Assembly (NCBI GenBank): GCA_023213395.1
Contig: CM041465.1
Location: 191,029,741-191,093,740 of the forward strand
Reading direction: 5' to 3'
Source: Cycas panzhihuaensis
Taxonomy: Eukaryota > Plantae > Cycadophyta
Length of the DNA: 64,000 bases
Position numbers and translations under genes: made by a program. The notes below the pieces were generated by a model, which had not been told where the DNA came from, made no database searches, and saw only the letters and a program-made list of their open reading frames with translations. Numbering within the stretch: position 1 is the stretch's first letter; every line of letters begins with the position of its first letter. Positions 13,047-26,435 of the stretch are shown piece by piece.

Positions 13047-14827
13047 TCAAACCTTTCTACTTCTGAGAATGGGCCCCTCTAGTGCCCCCCCTTCCTTTAA
13101 CGTGCTCTGGAGGCCCATATCAATCTGAGCTTGAGTATCCTTGTCTCCGGGTCGCCTTCTTAGGGGCCTCGCCAACCTTATTTTCCATCCCATAACTGGG
13201 CCTTCTGCTCCATTAAGTTCGGTTTGGATACCCATTTGCGGGTCCCCCCTCCTCCCTTCTCCTGGTCCATGGCCCTAGCCATGACACCAAAAGAAGCCGC
13301 CGCTCCATCAGACCCCAGACCCCCCGCCTCTTGGGTCTCCCGGGGGCCTTCCTCTGGCTCTAAAAGGTCATCCTCTAAATCCCAGTCAATGATCTTCACG
13401 GCCTGAGCTAGAGCTGGCTCGATGGAGGATGTGGAGAGCTCACAATCTCCCTTCGAGCTCCCCACCACCTGCGGTGGAGCAATAGGATCCCCTTCTGCGA
13501 TTGTGAGAACAGGGCGACCAACTTCCACTGGGCCCCTAACATCTCCCTTACCCCCCCCCCCGGACGCCCCTGAAGCTCTTACTCCTAAAGACGCCTCCTT
13601 AGCTAGCTTCACCCCAGCAAACTCTAAGGGACAATCCAAATCCTGAGTCTTCACTTCCTCCAAAGCTGTGCCACCACGATCCCTCTCCACATCCCAGTGT
13701 GCCCCAGCCTTGCCCATCTCTGCAGGCCCATGCCCGAGCTCTCCTTCCTGCTCACTCCAACATCTACACCCTCCTTCCCTTTGGTTTCCATCTGCCTCTC
13801 CTCCCTAGCAGGGACCCCTGGGCACCGGGTCGGAAGATGCCCCCAGTTTTTACACTTGTCACATTTGAAGCCTTCCACTTCATAGTGTAAACTTTGAATA
13901 ATTGATCTTCCGTCAGATTCAATCTCGATCTCTACTGGGAGCTCCTCATCCAATCTGGCCAAAACGTAAAATCTTGCGTTCATAAGGCGGGATCTATGTC
14001 TTGTCGCCGAATCCGTTGCCAAAAGGGGCCCTATCATCCTGGCCGCCCCTTTAACCACCACCGAATTCCAGAAGTGCAAGGGTAGCCCTGGCATCTGCAC
14101 CCAGATCGGGGCTTGTTTGATCACAGGGCTCCCAGGATCGAAGTCAGGGCTCCACTTTTCCACTGTCATAGCCTTTCTCCCGAACATCCAGGGAGATTTA
14201 AGCAGGATTAAAATCATGTCCTCTGGATAGCAACCGAAAAGGACCTGACCTTTTCTAAGACGCCATGACCAGATCGATGTTTGGTTTTCCATTTGTTCCG
14301 GATCCATTCCCGTATTACATCTAACCCTGGTCTGGGGCCCGAAAACCTTCCCACCAGGCTATTCTCCCAATATTGGATAGTTTGTTCTGTGATCTCTTTA
14401 GGGATTGAAAGTTTGTACCTATTTCCAACTTGATAGGGTAAATATCTGGCTTGGTTTGGTTTCCATTCCTCAATGCGTCTATATATGTCCTCCCCGGTGG
14501 AGAGGAATGAGACTAGTCTGGTGTAGATTGCATTATATTACAATTGAAATTAAAAACACTACATGGAAAGAACAAGGGACGAACTTGCCTCCTTTCTCCT
14601 GCTCGGCCCTCAATGAATTTCGAAGCCCCACCGAGCAAGCAGGCTCTAAAAAGGGCGTCGGCCTTCCCTCTTAGGCTAGCTCCTTCCTGGGGCGCCGTTC
14701 TAAAACTGGTATGCTCCTTGCTCTTGCTGATCTCTCCCTAGCTTAACCTGGCCCTTCCTCGATTTCTACCAAAAACTCCTCTGTCCTCCCTTGATGATTC
14801 TGCCTAGGTTACCCCTGCTGCCTCCAT
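13047..14827 (-). pseudogene. LINE ORF1 (DUF4283-like region plus zinc knuckle), frameshifted
   Basis: PWMF..MTVEKWSPDF..PIWVQMPGLPLHFW; CDKCKNWGHLPTRC (CX2CX4HX4C). Start codon position is approximate. Confidence 0.85.
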
Positions 14828-15085
14828 CTCTCCTCGAACCGGATCTCGGGAAAGCTTTAGCCTCCTGCCTCGTCTATCGCCCAGACAGGCCACGACCACC
14901 TGCCATACCCGTGCGTTTATGGGGGGAGCCCCCCCCCCCCCCCCCTATATAGCCCTCACGAGAGCCCCAGCAGAGTGCCAGAGCCAAATCGATCGGCGCC
15001 TCCAGCAGATCGTTTAGGGTGCACAGATTGTCGTTCGTCTCCTCGCAGGGTTCGTCATTCGCCTCCTCGCAGGGAGATATGAATC

Positions 15086-15101
15086 CTTAGCTTTTCTTCT
15101 T
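15086..15101 (+). repeat. LINE target-site duplication, right copy
   Basis: CTTAGCTTTTCTTCTT. Confidence 0.95.
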
Positions 15102-15111
15102 AGTGTTGTAG

Positions 15112-16783
15112 CCACTTGAGAGATTAGATATACAAGAGAACTAAGGATGGGCTATTGAGCCTTTTATTGGAGCATTATAAACTACTAATTAATAGATATT
15201 ATGATAGTATAGGTAGAGCTAGTTATTCCATCTAGTTAGTGATGGAATATAAGATACTTGAGGATTTTTTCAGCTCATAAGTACTAGTTGATCGTGTGTC
15301 TAGAGTTCATGAGATCAAAGATATACATGTTATTGCTTAAGATGTTAGGAGTATTCTTAGGGTAAACTAGCATAGAGAGGAGATTCGATTGAAGTTAATG
15401 ATAGATGAGGAATCTTAAGAGCCTTGTAGTTAATATTTGACAAGATTTATAGACCAGTTTAATACTCATGGAGTTTTATTAGAGGCATTGAGGATAGCAT
15501 AGGGGATTGCAGCACTTAGAAAAGTATTGGCTCATATTATAGTATTTTGCATTACCTAGATGTAGAATTTCATGGGAGTTTTAGGTCAGTGAGTTGGTAT
15601 TATTAGGCAATGCAAGGTAAGCACATGAATGGACTAGGGTTCTTTTATTCTTAATAGCATGAATCAACAATTGATTCAAATTAGGAGACAGGGGTGTGAA
15701 GGACTTTCCTTCAACCCTTATGTGTTAGTTATATGATCATGTTCCCTTGATGATACCAATTAGAATACTATGTGAGGTGAGTATTTTAGATCCTATTATG
15801 AATAGGTGGCACATGTTCTCATGCATTTATAATAAGTTGATAGTAGTGTCTAGGAGCATATATAAACTTATTTTCAATAAGATGATGAGGAACTAGTTGG
15901 TTCCTAATCCCTATGATAGGATGTAGGCTTAGACTGATGATGAGGTTGATGATATAGAGAGAATTATAGTTAGGAGACCACCTTTTATACTTAGAGGTAG
16001 GGGATGAGGAGGAGGTGATGAGGTATAGAGACAGGGTGATAAGGGAGTGGGTGTTGTTACATTACCAAAGGGAGTAAGTAGGTTAGGTGTTAGCCAAGTA
16101 GAGCTGAGTGTAGAGGAGGAAGGGGAGAGGTTGCTCTAGAGATACGAGGAGCGACAAGAGGTGGTTGTCCTACACATAGTATAAATATTAGCTTTGATGG
16201 TAGTCATGGAGCTATGGAAAGTGGTAAAGGAGGGGAAGAGGTTCTCCATTGATCAGTTGATGAAGTAGTAGCACAACAATCACATATAATTTACTGGTAT
16301 TAATTTATCTTAGATGAGTAAATAGTCCCCTTGGATTATATAAAATTTTTTACATAAATTAGCTAATTTTATTATGTGCTTATGGTAGGTAAGGAGATGA
16401 TGGCACTCTATGAGGTGAGGAGGATTCTGAATATCCTTCTCTCATATATATTCCCTTTAGAGGAGCCTCCTATTTGGCAAGAGAATGACCAAGTATTGTT
16501 AGGTCATTGTATTGAGTATTTTACCCCTATTATTTAGGCACAAGACATGTATCAAGATGTAACATGGCAATTAAGCATATAAGAGGTCAAGTTACAAGGA
16601 ACTGAAGACAAGCAATGCCACTTACATAGGATGAACATCTTATAGGCTAGTGGATGTGTGACTCCTTCAAGCAACATGATTATACAATGGGGTAGACATG
16701 GTCCTCATAGGAAGGACAAGACATATAGTCATTCTCATACCCATTATTTAGAAGGTGGATAGAGTAGCTCTCATCATCCTTAA
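15112..16783 (+). pseudogene. PMD-like gene of A, antisense to pol, with intron 16297-16388
   Basis: DRVSRVHEIKDIHVIA*DVRSILRV aligns with B and C copies and the PMD pattern W..E...F....E.T.T..DV..IL.L. Followed by a G/R/E-rich tract, an AT-rich intron, and C-terminal LYEVRRIL..AQDMY homologous to B LRDVQRML..AQDLY. Confidence 0.7.
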
Positions 16784-16964
16784 TACGGATAAGCATGTAC
16801 ATAGGGAGAGAGAGAGTGGAGGGTAGAGGGATTGTGTCAGCTCCACAAGAATAAGGATGTATGAGTAGGTATACTCTTGATAATTTGTATATGCTTAGGG
16901 AAGCCTCAAGATCCTAGTATTGTATATATACTTTAATATACTATATGATCTTTCATATACATGC

Positions 16965-16990
<26 letters not shown>
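16965..16990. repeat. (AT)13 microsatellite
   Basis: Read directly from sequence. Confidence 0.95.
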
Positions 16991-16995
<5 letters not shown>

Positions 16996-17329
16996 CATTG
17001 TTTTATTTTATGAGATTATAGATGTATATAATATTATTAGATCTAACCTAAATACCTCTTTATCTTTATCCCTTTTTATGATAAATATTTGTTTAACTTC
17101 ATATACATGCTTTACTTTATACCTAAAGAAAAGAAATATAACTTTTTAATTTTTTTTATTTTTTATTTTTTTTATAATAACATTTACATGGTAGTTTATA
17201 CTCATTTCAAAGTGATAGTTTATACTCATTTCATAGTGGTGCCCCTAACTTCAAATATGAAGGTTATAAGTGATAGCATTATAAGATATGAGAGACTAAA
17301 GAGTCAGCTTCAATATTTTGATTATATGA

Positions 17330-17668
17330 GATATAATGTATAGTGACTAATGAAAAAGAAGACAATAATGACAAGGCATAATGGTAATGGGATTATAATT
17401 GAGGAGAATGGACATGATATATACCAACTAGCTAATATACTACAACTTGATAATTAGAATATAAATCAATAGCATTACAATAAAAGTGTAAAATATCTAG
17501 TCAAAGCTCCTATAACTATTATATATTTGGCTTTATTAGTAGTTGCCTAAGTAAAAACATATCAGTAGAAATTAAGAGATTACCTAGTCAGTTATGCACT
17601 ACCCATACTACAATGAATAGTCTTAGATTGCCCCTACTACCTCCATTAATATATATTCTTAGTGCCAT
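17330..17668 (-). pseudogene. aRH ORF of A
   Basis: TCACCATGG start; MALRIYINGGSRGNL..TTNKAKYIIVIGAL. Confidence 0.8.
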
Positions 17669-18971
17669 GGTGAAAGAAGATCAATATTCAGAGATAAAGT
17701 GATAAATATAAGAAGGTGTAGGAATCAACTTATGATGAATTAGTCGTTATATAAGAAACTTAATTTTGACTATAAAATAAAAGAGACATATTCATGATTA
17801 ATCTTTCTCACTATAAGAATATTAGCCTAGACATACATAAAAGTAAAGACTAAAAGGTGTCAAGTACATCTCAATCATAATAAAGGCCATAAGGGGCTCG
17901 GGCAACTAGATCTAAAGGTCTTGAATGATACATCCAAATAAACCCAACTTACAATAAATGCAAGTGGAGATGAAGTCATCGCGTGACTTGCTCTAGATAA
18001 TAAGAGGTTGTAAAAGATAAACAAATAATTTTACTTATTTACCTCCTCTCTCTTTTTTTTTTACTTTTATTTTTATATTTTTACTCTCTTTTTTTCCAAA
18101 CTCTTTAATACACATTAATGACTATATCATTACTCATGATGGTTTAAACAAGGGTCATGGTGAACTAAGCATCACTAAACCTACTTTTTAGAAGATACTT
18201 ATTCACTATCTTAGTTACGATTATCACTGGATTTTCACCAATATAAGATGAAGAGATAAAAGACAAACAATCACAAGTAACTAATGATTAACTTTATCAT
18301 GAATTATCTTTTCATATTATAATAAGGGTGACCTTTTTAACAAAACCAAAGAAATAGGATCTATAAACTAGTTTCCTCAAAGGTTGAACTATGGGAAAAG
18401 AAGGATCTTTAAATCCCAATGTCTCTAAGTGTAAAGGGGAGGTGGTAGAATGAGGAACAACCTTAGGAGTACATTAAATAGATACCAAGAAATGTATGGG
18501 ATACAAGATCAAATAGTATATGTAAAATATGTAAAAGTAAACTAATATATAAGGATCTAAAGAAAGTAAACTATCTCATATATAAATTGAAACTGAGTAT
18601 TAAACTCTTTATCTAATTATTACCTTAATAAATAAAGTTATGGACCTTGCTTCTCTCCTAAGTTTAAAACTTAAAAGAGAAGACTAAAAGTGCTTTGATT
18701 AAAATAAAAAATTAGAAACATGTGCCTAACAACCAATGCTCATACTTGGCTAAGAAATAGTAGTCATACATGATCACTAAGGATAATTCATATGGAAGGA
18801 AGATTCAGACTCAATTTAATAGTAAAAGCAGAGAAAGAGGGAAGCAATAATTACATAGAAGTAGTAGTTGCAAAAAGAGAAATAAGGGTTGTCACTAGTT
18901 GAAGCTTGTTAGATGGTATAATTCTGGAAACCATAGTTTAACCTCATTATAGAGTAAGGTTTCTTTGACTC

Positions 18972-21900
18972 TTAAACATAGAAATTTCACAAGAATTATA
19001 AATTAATTATCTTTTAAAGTTCTAATCCCTTAAGAGTTGAAATACAATAAGCATTATTCTCTAAATCTTAACAATCAAATATGACCCTACCCACTTAGGT
19101 AATAATTTACGTAGTTTATCATGTAAATACTCAAGTTTAAGAACTTTATCTCTAATATAAAACTTGTGAGGTCTCAATCATCTGTCATGAACTACTTGAG
19201 CTCTGGCTTTTGAGACAATATTATTTTAGAGGGTAGTTAAGTGTATTTTATCCATCTTTTCTAACTCTTAAAAACAAGTTTCTCTATGAAATTCTTTATC
19301 AGTAAATTCTTTAAATTATATACAAAAGGATGGTATTTTGACCTACGAAGGCAAAATAGCCTTAGCTCCATATACTAAAGAAAATAGTGCCATCCCAATA
19401 ACATTTCTGATAAAAGTGTGATAAGCCCATAAAGCAAAAAATAATTAGACATGTGAATCATGATGAGAAGTAACTATGGTCTTAGCCAAAATCTTAGCTA
19501 CTGTCTTATTAAAAGCTTCCACTTATCCATTAGCCTAGGGGTGATAGGGAGCTAAGATTCAATGAGTAATATGAAATTTCTTATACAACTCTATTACATA
19601 AGGATTACAAAATAAAGTTCTATTATTAGTAATAATGACATCTAGAATTCTAAATATATAAATAATATATTGGAAGATAAAAGTACTAACCACTTTTTTA
19701 GTAGTAGAGACCAGAGGAATACCCTCACTCTATTTAGTAAAATATTTAGTAGCTATTGTAATAAATTTATATCCATTTAAAGATGGAGGAAAATTTATCC
19801 AATAAGGTCTAGTCCCCATTGAGGAAATGGCCAAGGAGATATAATAGATTTGAGACCTTGAGTTGGTTGATGAATAAGAGTGGCATGGGATTAATACTTA
19901 TCGAAAATTTTGAACATATGTATGGCCATCCTTAAATAATATGAGCTAATAGTATTTCACTCATAGGATACATTGGGCGATGGACTAACCACCGAAATGG
20001 ACTCTATAAATATCATGATAATATTCTACCAAGGCAGTTTAAGCTTCAATAGGGGAAAGGCAACATAGTAGAATTCCATCAAATGAACATTTATATAGAA
20101 TGTTATCTAGTAGAAGATACTATTGAGTAATAGCCCTAATTCTCTTTCTCATTTTTGTAGAAGAAGAAGAAAGGAAAGTTTGGTTTAAAAGCTAGGATTT
20201 AATATCCTTGTACTAGACCTCTTCTAAAGGGACAATTTCTATTTGAAGAATATGTTCGTCAAGAAGTCCATTATCAATAAATTCATTTAAGGGATTAGAT
20301 AATGGGGCTTCTGCCATCATTTTGGCAACTAACATTCCTTTCTTAGATTTTTTATTAACAATCTAGAAATCAAACTCTCATAGGAGTAAAGCCCATTTCT
20401 CCAATCATCCAATAAGATCACCTTCAATAAGTAAATCACAAATGGGATCATATTAGACAATGAGAAATGTGGTGTTACTATGGAGATAATGGAACAATTT
20501 CTTAGTAGTAAACACTAATGAAAGACACTCTTTCTTAGGAGGTGAATAATTAAGCTCAACCACGACTAGTGTTCTATTTATAAAATAAATAACTTATTCT
20601 TTCCTAAATTCATCCTTTTGAGTAAGCATACTAGCAAGATACTCTTTTGTAGAAGATGTGTATAAGATAAATGACTTATAAAAAATGGGAGGAGCAAGCA
20701 TAGGGGCAGAGATTAATGTTTGTTTTAATTTATCAAAGGACTCTCAAGCAAGTGGACTCCAAGTAAGAGACACATTCTTTTTTAAAAGATTTATCAGAGT
20801 TTTGGCATTTAATGTAAAATCAACTATGAAATGGCATAGGAAACTTAATTTTGCAAGGAACAATTTAACTTGATTTTGTGTATGAGGAGGTAGCATTTTA
20901 ATAATGCCTTTCACCTTATCAGGGTCTACCCTAATACTATCATGAGAGACTATATTGCTTAATATTTTTCCTAAAATAATTATAAATATACAATTATTTA
21001 GATTAAGACAAAGGCAAAAATTTTAGCATCTTTCAAAGATAGTTCTTAGATCTTGAATGTGGTCTCTTTGGTGATGCGATAGGGCAAGCATATCATCTAA
21101 GTAAATAGCCATTATAACTCCAATATAGTCATGAAAAATAAATACCATAGCCCATTGGTATGTAGCTCCAACATTTTTAAGATTGAATGGCATAACCTTA
21201 TAATTAAAAGTTCCCCATGGCATGGTGAAAGCAATCTTATGTTGATCTTCAAGAGAGATAAGGATCTAATTATAACCCCAAAAATTGTCCATAATAGACA
21301 TAACTTCAAAACCAGCAGTTTGGTCCTAAATTTAATCTAAAAATTGAAGAGAAAATTTATCCTTAGGACATGCATCATAAATGTCACAAAGAATAATACA
21401 AATCTAGATAGAACCATTCTTTTTTACCATAGGAACTATATTGGAAACCCATTAACAATAATTAATGCATATAATAAAGCTTTCTTTTAAGAGTTTTACC
21501 ACTTTTTATTTGATAGTAGTTGATAAATGAGAATGTATAGGCCCTTGCCTTTATCTCGTAGGCTTGACCTCTAAAATAGTAGTGATATTATAAATAACAA
21601 CATCAAGATAAAAGCCTTACATATCATTATAATCCCAAACAAAGACTATGATAAACTCACAAAAAAAGCTCTTTGAGTTGCCCTACTTCTTTGGGAGTGC
21701 AATATACCCCAACTTTAATTATCCTTAGAGTTTTACCTACCTCTAAATAAATATCAATAGTTTCACCTATAAGCATAGTATTCCCTTCCTCAAAATGAGA
21801 AGGATCAGAGTCTACAAAGGATGTAGAATCATTAGAAAATTGATGAGAATCAACTAAAGGGAAATTAGGATGCAATTGTTTAACAAACCTAAGCTTATAG

Positions 21901-22350
21901 TGATTAAGGAGAAGGTAAGATGAAGCTCCACCTAAACATTCTAAAATTTCTTCATCATTTTCAAAATGGTCAAGTTGATAAAGATCTCTAAAGATAGAGT
22001 TCTTAGTTCTAGATTAAAAATGATGAAATGAATTTGTAGGAATAATATTTTTAGGAGGGTTATGATACTAATTTAGGATGATGTCCATTATTGTAGATAT
22101 TTACAAAAAAAGACTAGATTGATTAGGAATTTCCCAATCTAAGTTTAGTCTTAGATGAAAACTGGGTTCATCAATCAAAGAAAGGCTTATAGAAGGAAAT
22201 ATATAAACAAAGGATTATATATTATACTCTTGAGAAAACTGCAACGAAGGAAGGGAAATTGAGGAAATTATATTCACTTCTTTAGTCCCACTAAAATATG
22301 ATGGACTTAATCTAAACAAGACATATAATAAAGATGGTTCACCTTCTAAG
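18972..22350 (-). pseudogene. pol: Decayed pol of A (RT, RNase H, integrase)
   Basis: WGTFNYKVMPFNLKNVGATYQ..YLDD; RH LYTSST; integrase SPWPFPQWGLD, LEYLHDKL..FYV*; many stops. Confidence 0.9.
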
Positions 22351-22365
22351 GATAAAATATTGAGG

Positions 22366-25162
22366 TGTTGATGTAGTAAAAGTTTTTCTCATTTTGATTA
22401 AGCCAAGTGCTTAGAAAAGGAGATTGATTATTAGAGACCTTACTAGCTGATACCATAGATTTAAGAGACAAAGGTGCTTGCCTATATGGGTAAGTAACAA
22501 GTTACAAAGTGTGTTGGAATAATGCCCATTAGGGCTCATATCCTCATATCTACCTAGGGTTTGTTACCCATATTAGAGAGATAACCAAGACATTAACAAG
22601 GATACTATTACTATTTATATCAAATTTTAGCCACACATTATCAAATTTGGCAACATATATTTAAGCATTTGTTAATAGTTCAGGAATTATTAGGAGGACC
22701 TGAACTAAATATCTCTTAATTCTTGTTTCGATTAAAATCGGGAGATATAAAGTTCAGTTAGTCCTAAGGAACCACCTTTGCCCAACTCCTAAGAAGGAGT
22801 CTTCACTTAGTAGTTCTATCTAATAAAGTGTGAATGAATGTGACAAAAGGTATGGATATGAAAGGGAGGTAGTAGAATCTACTAACCTACAAAACTGGGC
22901 AAAGGAGTTCTAAATTCAAAGCTACACTAATAGTATCCTTAATGTCCTTCCTAGTGACTCCTCTCATATGATCTTTTCAATATTTTTTGTTCTACTTAGA
23001 TGTAGGAGAGGGTAAGCCAATAGAAAAGTGGTTTGTCTTATTTTGTTCCTTATCTTTATTTGTGCTCACTTTGTTTTCTTTCTTTTTTATTATCTTTTTT
23101 GTTTTTACAGTATTTATGGTCACTCTGTCTTCCTTTGGGTTTTATTCTTCTTTTCTTTCTTTTTTTATTAGATCTTGATATAATATTAATAAAGAAACAA
23201 AACAAAGAAAGCAAGATAATTCTAGGTAATCAATGAGACTAAAAGACCAAACCTATATTTTTTAAAATTTTATGTTTTTAACAATTAAAAGTAAACAAAC
23301 TAGAAAATATGTACGCTAGCTTTTTATGTCCTTTTTTCTTTGTTTTGAAAATGAAAGATGTACATGCAAATATGAAATGATCTTCCTACATGAAATATGC
23401 ATACTTCATTTCAAAAAAGATGATACTATCAAAAGATGAAACACACTATATGATCATTTATACAAGTTTTCCAAAGAGATCAATAACATGCAAAACTAGT
23501 TAACAAACTTCATCTTTCATACATACAACTAATTATTTGAAAGAAATATGATGAATGGTGCAAAAAGAAAAGAGAATTTTAGAAGATATTACTGTTATTT
23601 TCTAATGATTTTTAGACCTATGAAATGACAGGTGAACCATAAATTTGAACCACAACTTTCACATGAAGAACTAGTTTTAATGGTTCTATCACGATTGGAG
23701 TAAGAGAAGCTCTAAAAGGATCCTTGAACCTATATCAAACTGAAAAATCAAAGATGTTTTTACTTTTTAATATTTTTAACTTCTCTTTTAAAAGATAAAG
23801 AAACAAACTTGAAAGTAAAAATCAATCAAACCATAGGATCATGAGAATGAAACTCCTTTCCTATTATACAAGAATGCATCAGAATGGCAGTTTTTCTTTT
23901 CAACTAATCAATTTTTTTCTACAAACTTTCCTTCAAAGTAAATCAAAGGAGGATAATGATTACCAAAGGAGGCTAAACTATAGCCTAACAATACCAAAAG
24001 GAGTGGTGAATTGTATGAAATATAAACAATTATAGAAGACTAGGAAGAGATAGTTAGATGAGTGATGGAGAGATGACCATGCTCCACCCTAGTCTAACCC
24101 TTAAGGAACCCCACAAAGGGCTAACCTTTTAGTATATATTTCAAAGTCTAAAATAAATACAAGATCAATGTAACAATCAACCAAAGAAAAGAGTAATTTC
24201 TAAGTAAACAATACCTTTAAAGTACTGTGAAATAAGCTAAAAACTTAATAGGAAAGACTTTACCTAATTGGAAGAAGTTTGAAATATGAAACCTTGATAA
24301 AAGTCCAAAAGATTGAAGCTCAAAATATCAACATTCAAATATCAGCAACACAACATCAAAAATCTTCCATAATTTCACCCATAAGACTTTTTAAAATCTA
24401 AGTTTAAGTCTCACAGTAACAGTCTTCAAAAATCTCTAAGCAAATTTAAAAATCCACTACAAACTTGAGCAAATCACTACTAACTCATCAATAATAAATC
24501 ACATAAGACTTAACATCATTCCTAGTCATTGAAGAGATTAAATCCTACCAAATCTGGGTGGTGGCATGTAAAATTCTAGTGTGTTGGCTAAGTTTTACAT
24601 GTATAACAGTCAAAAATATGACCGGTCATATTTTTCAACCTACAAAAACGTGACTTTGTACTGAAAACACAGCCAGTCATGTTTTTGGCAGTGCTAAAAA
24701 TATGATAATTATGGAGGTAAAAATTAGTTCAAAAAAGTTAAAATTTAATATTAAATAAAAATTGAAATATAAAAATGACTTCATAAATAAGTAAATAAGT
24801 CTAAGACAAGGTGAAAAATATTAAATACAGGCCCAAAAATAACAAGAAATAATAAAATTAGGTGAAATCAAGGACAAAATATAAAAATAACAAATTTTGA
24901 AGGAGGTATAAGTTCAAATTGATCATGAAGGAAAACTTTAGTGCCATAGTTTAAGTCGTTAGTGGATAATAGTAAAAATACAAGTCACATTATCATTCAC
25001 CATAATTCATTAAATCAAATTCACATATTCCTTATATAAAATGTGACCTAATCTATGATCAAGCAAATCCATCATTCATTTTCTACGAAACCATACATAA
25101 ACATATCAAAACTTACCAATATAAGTCAAATATAAATCAAAAGGCCAAGTTTTATTGAAACA
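22366..25162 (-). repeat. 3' LTR of B (~2.8 kb)
   Basis: TGTTTC... immediately after the PPT; ...CATCAACA at 22366. No second copy in window. Confidence 0.7.
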
Positions 25163-25173
25163 TTTTCCCCCTT
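25163..25173 (-). promoter_or_regulatory. Polypurine tract of B
   Basis: AAGGGGGAAAA followed by TGTTTC; upstream context resembles C 39860-39891. Confidence 0.75.
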
Positions 25174-25370
25174 GATACTTGAAGCTCCTATTCTAAAGAG
25201 GGAGATAGGATGGTGAGAGGTGGTAATGATATAAGTAATCATTATTCTGGTCAAAGTGATTGGAACCAAATGAAATACATAAATGATGGGGTAACACAAC
25301 TCTATGACCTAATATAAAATGAAATACGTATGATAACAAGATCAAAAGAAACTCTTACTAGCAAATCTAA

Positions 25371-25720
25371 CTAAAAGGACTAGGCATTTACCATCTAAAC
25401 ATTACTATTTACACCTCTTGCCCAAAAGGATTGGGCACCTAATTGCCATGAATCTATCCAAAAAGACTAGGTATCTAACATCACTAAAAACCTACCTAAA
25501 AGGACTGGGTATCCATTAATATCAAGAACCTACCCAAAATGATTGGGTATCTATCACCAAAATGTCATTCTTTTCACCTTTTGCCTAAAAGGATTAAGTA
25601 TCTAACATCGTTAAACACCTACCTAACATCCACAAACTAGATGGGACTTTATTATCATATAATATGCCCACAAGCTGGATGTAACTTCACTGCCAAATGC
25701 CCATAAACTAAATGGGACTC
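25371..25720. repeat. Degenerate tandem array: core CCYAAAAGGAYTGGGTATCT (6 copies) plus CCAYAARCTRRATGGGACT (3 copies)
   Basis: Cores at ~25371, 25421, 25457, 25495, 25533, 25584, separated by variable sequence. Confidence 0.85.
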
Positions 25721-25734
25721 TAATATACAACAGG

Positions 25735-26435
25735 TCATAGTTTATCTCTCTTTAACCATGCATCAGAGGGAAATCTTTTTGTTAAAGTAAAAAGGATAGA
25801 CTGTCATAATTTAGTAGCTCATTAACAAGTGACTTTTTAGAGTAAACCCATCATAGTTTAGCCTCGTTAACAAGGTGAGGGATTTCATATTTTTATTATC
25901 TTAGTTTAACTTCATTAATAATCAAATTTAGGGGGTTCCCTATCATAGTTTAAGCTTGTTAACAGGTAGAAGGGACTCAGAGCAATGTTCCTATCATATT
26001 TTTAGCTCATTAACAGGTGAAAGAAGGTTTGGAGCATAATCCTGTCATAGTTTTGGCTCATTAACAGGTAAAGGCAAGCTCAGAATATAGTTCTTGTCAT
26101 AGTTTAAACTTATTAATAAGCAAATGAGGGCTTGAAGTAAACCCATCATAGTTTAGCCTTGTTAACGAGGTGAGGGCTTTCAGAGGTCGATTATCTTAGT
26201 TTAACCTCATTAATAATTAAATTTAGAGGGTTCCTTATCATAGTTTAGGCTTGTTAATAGGTAGAAGGGACTCAAAGTGGGGTTCCTATCATAGTTTTAG
26301 CCCATTAAAAGGTGAAATAAGGTTTAGAGTATAATCCTATCATAGTTTAAGCTCATCAATAGGTAAAGGTAACCTTGAAGCGCAGTTATTATCATAGTTT
26401 AGGCTCATTAACAAGTGAATGAGGGATTGGAGTAT
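25735..26435. repeat. Tandem array of ~14 monomers (44-52 bp), core TCATAGTTTARGCTCRTTAAC, 295-bp higher-order period
   Basis: Cores at 25735, 25804, 25851, 25899, 25943, 25994, 26045, 26097, 26146, 26194, 26238, 26289, 26340, 26392. Confidence 0.95.

Larger units (their letters stand above)
8706..15085 (-). mobile_element. Full-length L1-clade LINE with C-terminal RNase H
   Basis: ORF1 and ORF2 on - strand, 3' end ..TTATCAAAA, perfect 16-bp TSD. Confidence 0.95.
8485..22365 (-). mobile_element. A: old Tat-type gypsy internal region (RT-RH-INT, aRH, antisense PMD gene), interrupted by E1, the LINE and B
   Basis: Decayed pol 18972-22350, aRH 17330-17668, PMD-like gene 15112-16783; colinear with B. 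Linker LDHFENDEEILECLG resembles E1 VDYFEDDEALLEHLA. Confidence 0.8.

Noticed and set aside
22366-22980. Internal deletion of gag/protease in A
   Set aside because: Better explained by insertion of B at 22365/22366.
24550-24570. PBS and LTR boundary for element A
   Set aside because: The PPT plus TGTTTC at 25162-25173 and CATCAACA at 22366 place this site inside the B LTR.
25371-26435. CRISPR array
   Set aside because: Eukaryotic retrotransposon 3' UTR, no cas genes, degenerate cores, and spacers duplicated as a 295-bp block.
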